A DNA stretch of 64,000 nucleotides from the NCBI GenBank assembly GCA_963705205.1, contig CAVPJG010000005.1, positions 349,237 to 413,236 of the forward strand, in the 5' to 3' direction. The notes under the pieces are model-generated. The model did not search any database and was not told the DNA's origin. It worked only from the letters and a program-made list of their open reading frames with translations. Of this stretch, positions 8,449 to 20,480 are shown one piece after another. This DNA is from an uncultured Thermoleophilia bacterium. GTDB lineage: Bacteria; Actinomycetota; Thermoleophilia; UBA2241. The position numbers were made by a program, and so were the translations under genes. The number at the start of each line of letters is the position of its first letter. Position 1 is the first letter of the stretch.

Positions 8449-9462
8449 ATGAAGCTCACACCGCTCGACATCCGCCACAAGGAGTTCAAGCGCGGCATGC
8501 GCGGCTACGCCGATGTGGAAGTCGACGAGTTCCTCGACCAGATCGCCGACGAGTACGAGCGTCTGTTCAAGGAGAACATCGACCTGCAGGACCGCGTGGA
8601 GTCGCTGGAGGAGAAGGTCGCCGGTTACAGACGCATCGAGGAGACCCTGCAGAAGACGCTGGTCAACGCGCAGGCGAGCGCCGAGGAGCAGAAGCAGAAC
8701 GCCAACAAGCAGGCGCAGCTCGTCCTGCAGGACGCCGAGCTCAAGGCACGCCAGCTCGTCAACGAGGCGTATTCGGAGCGCCAGGCGATCGAGCAGTCCA
8801 TGGCCAAGCTGCGCAGCGCCGAAGAGGACTTCCGCTTCAAGTTCCGGCAGCTGCTCGACGGGTACCTGCGTCAGCTGCAGGACGCGCCGGAGGTCGCCGA
8901 GGCGCCGCCGGCGTCTGACTTCTCGCGGCACACGGCGGCGATCAAGGAAGCGATCGCCCGTGAGGCGGCGTCGGCACGGCCCGAAACCTCTCCGGGTCCG
9001 CGCGTCGTCACGCCGGAGCGGCCCGAGGCCTCTCCGGGTCCGCCGGTCGTCACGCCGGAGCGGCCCGAGGCCTCTCCGGGTCCGCCGGTCGTCACGCCGG
9101 AGCCGGCGGATGAGGCTGTCGCCCCGTCTGAGACGCCTGCGGCGACAGAGGACGAGCGTGAGCCTGAGCCGGAGCCGGAGCGGCGGTACGTCATTCCGGG
9201 AGAGCCGGCGGTCGTACCGCAGCGTGGGCGGGGCGGCGTGCAGGCGGGCGTGCATACAGGTCAAGCTCCCTCGAAATCCGGGGACCAGCCGCAGCATGCC
9301 CAGATGGACGACCCCGAGGTGACCGCCACGCACCCGGCGCCCCGGGGCGAGCCGGACGAGGGAGATCAGCCGAAGCGGCGCAGCCGCATCCTCTTCGGGG
9401 AGAGTGACGATCTGCTCGCCGACGTGGACACCGGGGTGAACGAGGACGAGTTCAAGTGGTGA
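8449..9462 (+). CDS. divIVA: DivIVA-family cell division/polar growth protein
   Basis: ATG 8449 is preceded by GAGAGGGGAG. MKLTPLDIRHKEFKRGMRGY.. N-domain plus coiled coil, then a Pro-rich C-terminus with 3 x 42-nt repeats. In frame with ORF 8341..9462, whose first 36 codons lie in the repeat array. Confidence 0.85.
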   Translation: MKLTPLDIRHKEFKRGMRGYADVEVDEFLDQIADEYERLFKENIDLQDRVESLEEKVAGYRRIEETLQKTLVNAQASAEEQKQNANKQAQLVLQDAELKARQLVNEAYSERQAIEQSMAKLRSAEEDFRFKFRQLLDGYLRQLQDAPEVAEAPPASDFSRHTAAIKEAIAREAASARPETSPGPRVVTPERPEASPGPPVVTPERPEASPGPPVVTPEPADEAVAPSETPAATEDEREPEPEPERRYVIPGEPAVVPQRGRGGVQAGVHTGQAPSKSGDQPQHAQMDDPEVTATHPAPRGEPDEGDQPKRRSRILFGESDDLLADVDTGVNEDEFKW

Positions 9463-9511
9463 CAGCGGGCCGCTGACCGAGGCGCGTGGCGGCCTGAGCC
9501 TCTCCGTCTGG

Positions 9512-9751
9512 GTGACGCCCGGCGTGCGGCGCAGCGAGCTCGCCGGTGTCGCCGACGGGCGCCTTCGCGTTCGTCTCGCCGCTCCGGCGTCCGAGGGACG
9601 CGCCAACGACGAGCTGATACGGTACCTTGCGCGGGAGCTGGGCGTGCGGCGCCAGGATGTCACCGTGATCGCCGGCGGGCGCTCACGCAGGAAGCTGCTG
9701 CGCCTGACCGGAGTGAACCTTGACGAGGCGAGGCGTAGACTCGCCGTCTGA
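9512..9751 (+). CDS. DUF167 (YggU) family protein; start uncertain
   Basis: LRVRLAAPASEGRANDELIRYLA..GGRSRRK matches DUF167. Family-like sequence (GGLSLSVWV) continues upstream of GTG 9512. Only CTG codons (9473, 9494) are available there. Confidence 0.65.
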   Translation: MTPGVRRSELAGVADGRLRVRLAAPASEGRANDELIRYLARELGVRRQDVTVIAGGRSRRKLLRLTGVNLDEARRRLAV

Positions 9752-9770
9752 ACGAGCAAAGGAGTACCCG

Positions 9771-9935
9771 ATGGCGAAGCTTGCCTACTGCAAGCAGTGC
9801 AAGGCGACCTACCCTCTGAACATCGTCGTGAATGACGGTGGACGCAGCGGCAAGGCGAAGGAGCCGACGTGCCCGATGGGCCACGTCGACATCAAGCAGC
9901 TCGACGCCGTGCCGAAGCCGCGTGGCAAGAAGTAA
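9771..9935 (+). CDS. Small (54 aa) zinc-ribbon-like hypothetical protein
   Basis: ATG 9771 with AAAGGAG 7 nt upstream. CKQC ... CPMGH motif. High GC3. Its 3' end overlaps the lspA start by 14 nt. Confidence 0.55.
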   Translation: MAKLAYCKQCKATYPLNIVVNDGGRSGKAKEPTCPMGHVDIKQLDAVPKPRGKK

Positions 9936-10371
9936 GCGGGGGTACGTCCTCGCGCTCGCCCTCGCCGCCGCCGTCGTCGTCGCCGACCAGGCGACCAAGT
10001 GGGTGGTGCGGGCCCAGGCCGAGCATCTGCCCCGTCAGCTGGTCGCCGGCCTGCGGATCGATTTGACCTACAACTCCGGTATCTCGTTCAGCCGGTTCGC
10101 CGGAGCCGGCGACGTCGTGGTGGTGCTGGTCGCGGCCGTCGCCGCCGGCGTGGCTGCCGCGCTGGTCCTCAGCCCGCCCAGGTACCGCCCCGCGCTCGGC
10201 GTCATCCTCGGCGGGGCCGTCGGCAACCTGATCGACAGGCTCAGGTTCGACGGCGCCGTGGTCGACTTCATCGGCGTCTACGGCTGGCCGTCCTTCAACG
10301 TCGCCGACGCGGCGATCGTCGTGGGGACGGTCCTCCTCGCGCTGCAGGTGGTCCTTGGCCGGCAAGAGTGA
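9922..10371 (+). CDS. lspA: Lipoprotein signal peptidase (signal peptidase II)
   Basis: GTG 9922 is in frame with ORF 9832..10371. Motifs NSGISFS, GNLIDR, FNVADAAI. 149 aa. Confidence 0.85.
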   Translation: MARSKRGYVLALALAAAVVVADQATKWVVRAQAEHLPRQLVAGLRIDLTYNSGISFSRFAGAGDVVVVLVAAVAAGVAAALVLSPPRYRPALGVILGGAVGNLIDRLRFDGAVVDFIGVYGWPSFNVADAAIVVGTVLLALQVVLGRQE

Positions 10372-11284
10372 GGCGCGCGCGTTCCGCGCGGCGGCCGGGG
10401 ACGCGGGCGAGCGTCTCGACGTCGCGCTCGCCGCGCACGCCGGCTTGAGCCGCGCCGCGGCCCAGCGCCTCATCGCCGGCGGCCTCGTCGTGGTGGATGG
10501 CGCCCCTGCGCGCAAGAAGCACGTCCTCCGCGCCGGGGAGGAGGTCGTGTGGCAGGCTCCGCCTCCGCCCGAGGTCACCCTGGCGGCTGAGCCAGTTCCC
10601 TTCACCGTGGTGTACGAGGACGACTGGCTCCTGGTGGTCGACAAGCCGGCTGGCGTGGTGGTGCACCCGGCGCCTGGTCACGAGCACGGGACGCTGGCGC
10701 AAGGTCTCGTGGCGGAGGGAGCGCGGGGCGGCCATGAGCTCCGTCCGGGCATCGTCCACCGCCTCGACAAGGACACCTCCGGCCTGCTCATCGTCGCCCG
10801 TCGCGACGACTCCTACAGAAGTCTCGTCGCCGCCATGGAGCGGCGCGACATCCACCGCACCTACGTCGCGCTGCTCACCGGCCACCTGCCGCAGGCAAAG
10901 GGGACCATCGATGCGCCGATCGGCCGGCACCTGCGCGACCGTAAGCGCATGTCGCTGCACACGGCCGCGGGGCGCCCGGCGGTGACGCACTTCGAGGTGC
11001 TCGGCAGGGCCCCCGGATACACGCTCGTGCGCGTCCGCCTCGAGACGGGCAGGACTCACCAGATCAGGGTGCACTTCCAGGCGCTCGGGTACCCGGTGGC
11101 CGGCGACGTGCAGTACGGCCGGGCGCCGCGGCCAGACGGCCTCGCGCGGCAGTTCCTCCACGCCGCGAGGCTCGCCTTCCCGCACCCCGAGGACGGGCGG
11201 GAGATCAGCTGTTCCAGCCCGCTCCCGCCTGACCTCACCGCCTTTCTCGTGGCTCTCGGCCTGCCGGAGCAGCCCGAGGCCTGA
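10355..11284 (+). CDS. rluD: 23S rRNA pseudouridine synthase, RluD/RluA family
   Basis: 309-aa ORF. N-terminal S4 domain and catalytic HRLDKDTSGLLIVAR motif. TTG start overlaps the lspA end. Confidence 0.85.
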   Translation: MAGKSEARAFRAAAGDAGERLDVALAAHAGLSRAAAQRLIAGGLVVVDGAPARKKHVLRAGEEVVWQAPPPPEVTLAAEPVPFTVVYEDDWLLVVDKPAGVVVHPAPGHEHGTLAQGLVAEGARGGHELRPGIVHRLDKDTSGLLIVARRDDSYRSLVAAMERRDIHRTYVALLTGHLPQAKGTIDAPIGRHLRDRKRMSLHTAAGRPAVTHFEVLGRAPGYTLVRVRLETGRTHQIRVHFQALGYPVAGDVQYGRAPRPDGLARQFLHAARLAFPHPEDGREISCSSPLPPDLTAFLVALGLPEQPEA

Positions 11285-11302
11285 GCACCGCCGCGGACCG
11301 CC

Positions 11303-11332
11303 TTGCCGCGGGCGCGCGGCGGCTGCTAGAGT
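11303..11332 (+). promoter_or_regulatory. Putative sigma-70-type promoter of the pyr operon
   Basis: TTGCCG (11303-11308), 18-nt spacer ending in TGc, then TAGAGT (11327-11332). Confidence 0.45.
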
Positions 11333-11343
11333 ACGGCTCGAAC

Positions 11344-11420
11344 CTTTAATCCACGTCCCGAGAGACGGAAAGGGGGTGCAGCGTTGCCGTACGCCATCAG
11401 GTGCCGGCGGCGCTATTTTT
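11344..11420 (+). promoter_or_regulatory. PyrR-binding leader with intrinsic terminator (pyr attenuator)
   Basis: UUUAAUCC..UCCCGAGAGACGGAAAGG resembles the PyrR binding loop. A 10-bp stem AGCGUUGCCG (11380-11389) / CGGCGGCGCU (11405-11414, two G-U pairs) is followed by AUUUUU directly before the pyrR ATG. Confidence 0.55.
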
Positions 11421-12002
11421 ATGCCTGGACCCAGACCCGCAAGTGAGACCGTCGTCCTGACTTCCGAGCAGATGTCGCGTACCATCACGCGCATCGCGCA
11501 CGAGATCCTGGAGAAGAACCCCGGCGAGGAAGGCCTTGCCGTCGTCGGCATCCACACGCGCGGCGCCTTCCTCGGCGCGAGGATCCACAAGCTGCTCTGC
11601 GAGGTGGGCGGCCGCGAGTATGCGTCCGGCAACCTCGACATCTCGTTCTACCGCGACGACGTCGCCGCGCGCGGCGCCGTCGGCGTCATCCCGAGCACGC
11701 CGCAGCCCGTCGTCAAGGACACCGACCTCCCGTTCGCCATCGACGGCGCGCGCGTCGTCCTCGTCGACGACGTCCTCTACACGGGGCGCACCATCCGCGC
11801 CGCCGTCGACGCCCTGTTCGACTACGGTCGGCCGGCGGCCGTCCAGCTCGCGGTCCTCGTGGACCGCGGCCACCGCGAGCTGCCCATCCGGCCGGACTAC
11901 GTCGGCAAGAACCTGCCCACGGCCCCGCAGGAGCGCATCAGCGTCCGGGTCCAGGAATGCGACGGCGTCGACGAGGTCGTCCTCGTGCGCAAGGAGGCGT
12001 GA
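11421..12002 (+). CDS. pyrR: Bifunctional pyr operon regulator / uracil phosphoribosyltransferase PyrR
   Basis: ATG 11421 is in frame with ORF 11376..12002. PRPP motif VVLVDDVLYTGRTIRAA. 193 aa. Confidence 0.9.
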   Translation: MPGPRPASETVVLTSEQMSRTITRIAHEILEKNPGEEGLAVVGIHTRGAFLGARIHKLLCEVGGREYASGNLDISFYRDDVAARGAVGVIPSTPQPVVKDTDLPFAIDGARVVLVDDVLYTGRTIRAAVDALFDYGRPAAVQLAVLVDRGHRELPIRPDYVGKNLPTAPQERISVRVQECDGVDEVVLVRKEA

Positions 12003-12004
12003 CC

Positions 12005-12946
12005 ATGCCCAAGCGAGACCTGATCAGCATCGAGGACCTCTCGAGGGCGGACGTCGAACTGCTGCTCGACACCGCGGAGAGCTTTCTCCCGGTGCTCGAG
12101 CGCGACATCAAGAAGGTCCCGACGCTGCGCGGGCGCACCATCATCAACCTCTTCTGGGAGGCGTCGACACGCACGTCCTCCAGCTTCGATCTCGCCGCCA
12201 AGCGCCTCTCGGCCGACACCCTGGCGCTCAAGTCCAGCGGCTCGGCCGTCGAGAAGGGCGAGACGCTCAAGGACACAGCGATCACGCTGAGCGCCTACTC
12301 GCCGGACATCATCGTCATGCGGCACCCGAGCGCCGGCGCCTGCCAAACGCTGTCGGCCAATACCGAGGCGAGCGTCATCAACGCCGGCGACGGCAAGCAC
12401 CAGCACCCCACGCAGTGCCTGCTCGACCTCTTCAGCATGCGCCAGAACCTGGGCCGCGACCTGGACGGCCTCAAGGTCTTCATCATCGGCGACATCCTGC
12501 ACAGCCGCGTCGCGCGCAGCGACATCATGGGCTTCCAGATGCTCGGCATGGACGTCACCCTGGTCGCGCCGCCCACACTCATGCCCCGCGGCATCGAGGA
12601 GATGGGCGTCAACGTGGAGTACGACCTCACCAACCTCAAGGACGCGGACGTCATCTACCTGCTCCGCATCCAGAAGGAGCGCATCAAGCCGGGGTCGGCG
12701 TACCTGCCTTCGCTGCGCGAGTACGCGCAGCTCTGGGGCATCTCGCAGGCGCGGTTGCGGCCGGGGCAGCGGGTCATGCACCCCGGACCGATCAACCGCG
12801 GCGTGGAGATCGCCTCGGACATCGCCGACGACGACGAGAACCTGATCGCCCACCAGGTCTTCAGCGGCCTCGCGGTGCGCATGGCGATCCTGTACCGGAC
12901 CATCGTCGGCTACAGCGACGGGGCTGCGAGTGGGGAGGTGCTCTGA
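12005..12946 (+). CDS. pyrB: Aspartate carbamoyltransferase catalytic subunit
   Basis: ATG 12005 is in frame with ORF 11957..12946. Motifs STRTSSSF and HPTQ. 313 aa. Confidence 0.9.
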   Translation: MPKRDLISIEDLSRADVELLLDTAESFLPVLERDIKKVPTLRGRTIINLFWEASTRTSSSFDLAAKRLSADTLALKSSGSAVEKGETLKDTAITLSAYSPDIIVMRHPSAGACQTLSANTEASVINAGDGKHQHPTQCLLDLFSMRQNLGRDLDGLKVFIIGDILHSRVARSDIMGFQMLGMDVTLVAPPTLMPRGIEEMGVNVEYDLTNLKDADVIYLLRIQKERIKPGSAYLPSLREYAQLWGISQARLRPGQRVMHPGPINRGVEIASDIADDDENLIAHQVFSGLAVRMAILYRTIVGYSDGAASGEVL

Positions 12947-14262
12947 TGGAACGGACGTGGTGCAAGCCCCTCCCGGCCGCCGAAGTGCTGATCAAGGGCG
13001 GCCGCGTCGTCGACCCGGAGACCGGCGTCGACGCCGTGCAGGACGTGCTCGTCAAGAAGGGCAAGGTCGCCGAGGTCGGCAAGGGCCTCAAGGCCGGCAA
13101 GAACACACGCGTGGTGGACGCCGCCGGCATGCTGGTCCTCCCGGGCTTCGTCGACCTGCACGCGCACTTCCGCACGCCGGGGCGCGAGGACGAAGAGGAT
13201 CTCGCAACCGCCTCGGCGGCCGCCGCGGCGGGCGGCTACGTCGCGGCCTTCGGCATGGCCAACACCGACCCGGTGATGGACAACGCCAGTCTTCTGAAAG
13301 GCATGGCCAACCAGGCCAGGGCCGACGCCGTCATCCCGGTCGGCTTCTTCGCCGCGGTCACCAAGGGCCTCCAGGGCCAGGAGCTCACCGAGATGGGCGA
13401 GCTCGGCGCCGCCGGCGCCGTCGCCTTCAGCGACGACGGCCATCCGCTGCCGAGCGCCGCCATCACGCGGCGTGCGCTGCAGTACGTCAAGGTGAGCAGG
13501 CGCTTCATCGCCATCCACGCGCAGGACGACTCGCTCTTCAAGGGCGGGCAGATGCACGAGGGTCCCGCCTCGGCACGCCTCGGCCTCACCGGCATCCCCT
13601 CGCTCTGCGAGAGCCTCGACGTCTCTCGCTCGCTGGACGTCGCCGCCTACGAGGACGCCGGCCTGCACGTGTGCCACGTGAGCACCGCGGCGTCGCTCGA
13701 GGCCATCGCCCGCGCCAAAGAGGCGGGCGTGCGGGTCACCGCCGAGGCCACCCCGCACCACCTCACCCTCAACGACGAGCGTGTCGCCTCGCTCGACCCC
13801 AACCTCAAGATGAACCCGCCGCTGCGCGCCGAGAGCGACCGCAAGGCACTCGTCGAGGCGCTCCAGAGTGGCTTGGTCGACTGCGTCGCCACCGACCATG
13901 CGCCGCACGTCTCCGAGGAGAAGGACGTGCCCTACGAGGAGGCGCCGTTCGGCTGCATCGGGCTGGAGACCGCCTTCAGCGTCCTGCACGCGGAGCTTGT
14001 CGCGACCGGCGAGCTGGACCTCGCCACGCTGGTCACCCGGATGAGCTCCGCGCCGGCGCGTATCGCCGGCCTCCCGGCGCCGTCGCTGGCCGCCGGCGCG
14101 GCCGCCGACCTCTGCGTGGTCGATCCGGCGGCCGTCTGGACGGTCACTCCGGAGGCGCTGCAGTCGCGCTCCTGGAACTCCCCCTGGCTGGGGCGGGAGC
14201 TCACCGGCAAGGTCCGCCTCACGGTTGCCGCCGGGCGCGTCGCCTGGGACGACCTTGCCTAG
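12946..14262 (+). CDS. pyrC: Dihydroorotase
   Basis: ATG 12946 overlaps the pyrB stop by 1 nt. Motifs DLHAHFRTPG and ATDHAPH. 438 aa. Confidence 0.9.
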   Translation: MERTWCKPLPAAEVLIKGGRVVDPETGVDAVQDVLVKKGKVAEVGKGLKAGKNTRVVDAAGMLVLPGFVDLHAHFRTPGREDEEDLATASAAAAAGGYVAAFGMANTDPVMDNASLLKGMANQARADAVIPVGFFAAVTKGLQGQELTEMGELGAAGAVAFSDDGHPLPSAAITRRALQYVKVSRRFIAIHAQDDSLFKGGQMHEGPASARLGLTGIPSLCESLDVSRSLDVAAYEDAGLHVCHVSTAASLEAIARAKEAGVRVTAEATPHHLTLNDERVASLDPNLKMNPPLRAESDRKALVEALQSGLVDCVATDHAPHVSEEKDVPYEEAPFGCIGLETAFSVLHAELVATGELDLATLVTRMSSAPARIAGLPAPSLAAGAAADLCVVDPAAVWTVTPEALQSRSWNSPWLGRELTGKVRLTVAAGRVAWDDLA

Positions 14263-15363
14263 TCCGGCCGTCATCGTCCTGGAGGACGGCGCCGCCTTCA
14301 CCGGCGAGGCCCTCGCCGGCTCGGGCTCCGTGGGCGGCGAGATCGTCTTCAACACCAGCATGTGCGGGTACCAGGAGATCGCCACCGACCCCTCGTACTG
14401 CGGGCAGCTCATCACGTACACGTTCCCGATGAACGGCAACTACGGGGCCGACGCCGACAGGGACGAGTCCGGCAAGGCGCACGCCCGGGCTATCATCGCC
14501 CGGGAGCTCACCAACTACCGCTTCAACCGCGGTTCGCGCCAGACGTGGCTGGACTGGCTGGCCGAGCACGGCGTCCTCGCCGTGACCGGCGTGGACACGC
14601 GCGCCCTCACCCGTCACATCCGCGAGAAGGGCGCGCTGCGCGCCGTGGTCAGCACCGACGTCGCCGACGTCAAACACCTGCGCAAGTCGGCGCAGGGACT
14701 ACCGGCGATGGGCGGGCTCGACCTGGCCAAGGTCGTCACCTGCGAGGCGGCGTACGCGGCGCCGGCGCCCGAAGGAGCCCCGGCGCCCGATCTGCACGTC
14801 GTCGCGTACGACTACGGCATCAAGCGCTCGATGCTCGGCTACCTGGCGCGCCGCGGCTTCCGCGTCACGGTGGTGCCGGCGCAGACGAGCGCCCAGAAGG
14901 TCCTCAAGATGGAGCCGGACGGCGTGTTCTTGAGCAACGGCCCCGGCGACCCGGCCGCCGTCACGTATGCGGTCAAGGCCGTCGAGCGCCTGCTCGGCAA
15001 GGTGCCTGTGTTCGGCATCTGCCTCGGGCACCAGCTCCTGGCGCAGGCGCTCGGCATGAAGACCTTCAAGCTCAAGTTCGGCCACCGCGGCGCCAACCAC
15101 CCGGTCAAGGACCTGCGCACGGGGGTCATCGAGATCACCACCCAGAACCACGGCTTCGCGGTCAGGGACGAGAGCGTGCCCGGTGCCGAGATCACCCACG
15201 TCAACCTCAACGACGGGACGGTGGAGGGCGTGGCGGCGGCGGAGCGATACGCCTTCTCGGTGCAGTACCACCCCGAGTCGACCCCCGGACCGCACGACTC
15301 GCTCTACCTGTTCGACCGGTTCCGCGACGAGATCGACCGGTTCAAGCGGGGAGGGGAGGCCTG

Positions 15364-15364
<1 letters not shown>
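14255..15364 (+). CDS. carA: Carbamoyl-phosphate synthase small (glutaminase) subunit
   Basis: TTG 14255 (alternative TTG 14225). Active-site region GICLGHQ and QYHPE. About 369 aa. Confidence 0.9.
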
Positions 15365-18555
<3,191 letters not shown>

Positions 18556-18557
18556 CG

Positions 18558-19349
18558 ATGGACGGCGCACCAGCACAGACGCACGGCGACCACTCCCAGT
18601 GGGCGGAGACCACCCACTGCCGGGTCGCCGGCGTGCGCCACTTCGGGGCGTTCGCGGCCTTGGAGCTCGTCGCGCCGCGCGTCGCGCGGCGCGCTGCCCC
18701 CGGCCAGTTCGCCATGGTCACCGTGCCCGGGGGCGGCTTCCTCTTGCGCCGGCCGCTCTCGCTCTTCGCCGTGCGCGGCGACCGCATCAGCCTCCTCGTC
18801 GAGGCCAGAGGCGACGGCAGCGAGCGTCTCACCAAGCTCGACGTGGGCGACGGCGTGGACGTCGCCGGGCCGCTCGGCAGCGCGTTCCCCACCGAGGGCG
18901 TCACCAACGCGCTGCTCGTCGGCGGCGGCATCGGCTGCGCCCCGCTCCAGTACCTGGCCGACGAGCTGGCGGCGGCGGGCGCGCACGTCACTGCCGCCTT
19001 CGGCTTCCGCGACTTCCGCGCCGCCCGTGCCGCCGGCGCCTTCAGCATCGACCGGCTCTGGGTGGCCACCGAGGACGGCAGCGTAGGCAAGGCCGGCACG
19101 GCGCTCCACCTGCTCGCCGCCCTCGACGTGGCGCCCGGCACCACGGTGTACGCCTGCGGCCCCACGCCCATGATCGCCGCGGTGCAGCAGTGGACGTTCG
19201 CCGAGGGGCTCCGCGGCTACGTCTCGCTGGAGGCGCACATGGCCTGCGGCACCGGCTCGTGCCACGGTTGCGTGGTCGACACCGCCCGCGGCAAGGTGCG
19301 CGTGTGCAGCGAAGGTCCCGTGTTCCGTCTGGACGAGGTCACGCCGTGA
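18558..19349 (+). CDS. pyrK: Dihydroorotate dehydrogenase electron-transfer subunit
   Basis: 263-aa ORF with a ferredoxin-reductase-type FAD/NAD fold and a C-terminal 2Fe-2S motif CGTGSCHGC..VCSEGPVF. Confidence 0.85.
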   Translation: MDGAPAQTHGDHSQWAETTHCRVAGVRHFGAFAALELVAPRVARRAAPGQFAMVTVPGGGFLLRRPLSLFAVRGDRISLLVEARGDGSERLTKLDVGDGVDVAGPLGSAFPTEGVTNALLVGGGIGCAPLQYLADELAAAGAHVTAAFGFRDFRAARAAGAFSIDRLWVATEDGSVGKAGTALHLLAALDVAPGTTVYACGPTPMIAAVQQWTFAEGLRGYVSLEAHMACGTGSCHGCVVDTARGKVRVCSEGPVFRLDEVTP

Positions 19350-19374
19350 AAAGCCACCGGAGCCGGGCTTTCGT

Positions 19375-20374
19375 GTGGGGTGGCGCCGACGCCGCACCGG
19401 CGCACCGGAGCCGGGCTCCTCCAACCCGGACCTCTCCTCCAGCTCGGACCGATCACCCTCGAGCATCCGCTGGTCGACGCCTCGGGCACGTTCGACCTGC
19501 TCGAGTACGCACAGCGCTACGACGGCGACTACTTCGCCGACTTCCCGTATCGCGGCGTACGTGCCCAAGACCGTCACGGCCGACGCGCGGACCGGCAACC
19601 CGCCGCCGCGCGTCACCGAGACGGCGGCCGGCATGATCAACGCCATCGGCCTGGAGAACCCTGGCATCCACGCCTGGATCGGCCGGCTCGCGGAGTGGGC
19701 GACGCTCCGGCAGCCGGTCGTCGTCAGCGTCGGCGGCAACGAGCCCGAGCAGTACGCGGCCGTGATCGGCGCCCTCGAGGCGCACCTCGCGGGGGCGTCG
19801 GCCGGGAGCGGCGCCGCCTATCCAGGCCTACGAGCTCAACGTCTCCTGCCCCAACGTCTCGAGCGGGCTGCAGATCGGCGCCGACCCCGCCGCCACGGCG
19901 GAGGTCGTCGGCGCCTGCCGCGAGGCTACCGGCCGCTTCCTGATGGCGAAGCTCACGCCCAACGTCCGCGACGTCACCGAGATCGGCGCGGCGGCACTCG
20001 GCGCCGGCGCCGACGGGCTGTCGCTCGTCAACACCTTCAAGGCGCTGGTGCTCGACCGCGACACCCTGCGCCCGTTTCTCGGCAACCGCACCGGCGGGCT
20101 CTGCGGCCCGGCGATAAAGCCCATCGCGCTGCGCATGGTCGCGGAGGTAGCGCAGGCCTTCCCGGACACGCCGCTCGTCGGCATGGGCGGCGTCATGACG
20201 GGTCTGGACGCGCTCGAGTTCATCGCCTGCGGCGCGACGGCGGTCGCGGTCGGCGCCGCCAACTTCACCGCCTTCGAGGCGCCGCGGCGCATCCTGGCGG
20301 AGCTCCGCGACGAGCTCCAGGCGCACGGGTTCGCGTCGATCGCCGAGGCGCGGGGCGTGGCGCTCCGCGCCTGA
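19375..20374 (+). pseudogene. pyrD: Dihydroorotate dehydrogenase catalytic subunit, class 1B, interrupted by 2-3 frame breaks
   Basis: PyrD-like sequence is spread over three frames. LGPITLEHPLVDASGTF lies in ORF 19380, IAAYVPKTVT..GMINAIGLENPG in ORF 19375, and IQAYELNVSCPN..LTPNV..GGLCGPAIKP in the frame of ORF 19943..20374. Breaks are near 19545 and 19819, with a possible third near 19437. Confidence 0.85.
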
Positions 20375-20442
20375 AGCGCGCGCCTCTCCGGCGCCGACCG
20401 GTAAAAGGCCAGCTAGGCAACGCTTTTGCCGACCCAGGTCTG

Positions 20443-20472
20443 TTGAAACGGTCGCGCGGCATCACATATACT
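20443..20472 (+). promoter_or_regulatory. Putative promoter giving a leaderless mihF mRNA
   Basis: TTGAAA (20443-20448), 18-nt spacer, TATACT (20467-20472). ATG lies 8 nt further on and there is no SD. Confidence 0.5.
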
Positions 20473-20480
20473 CTCGCGCG

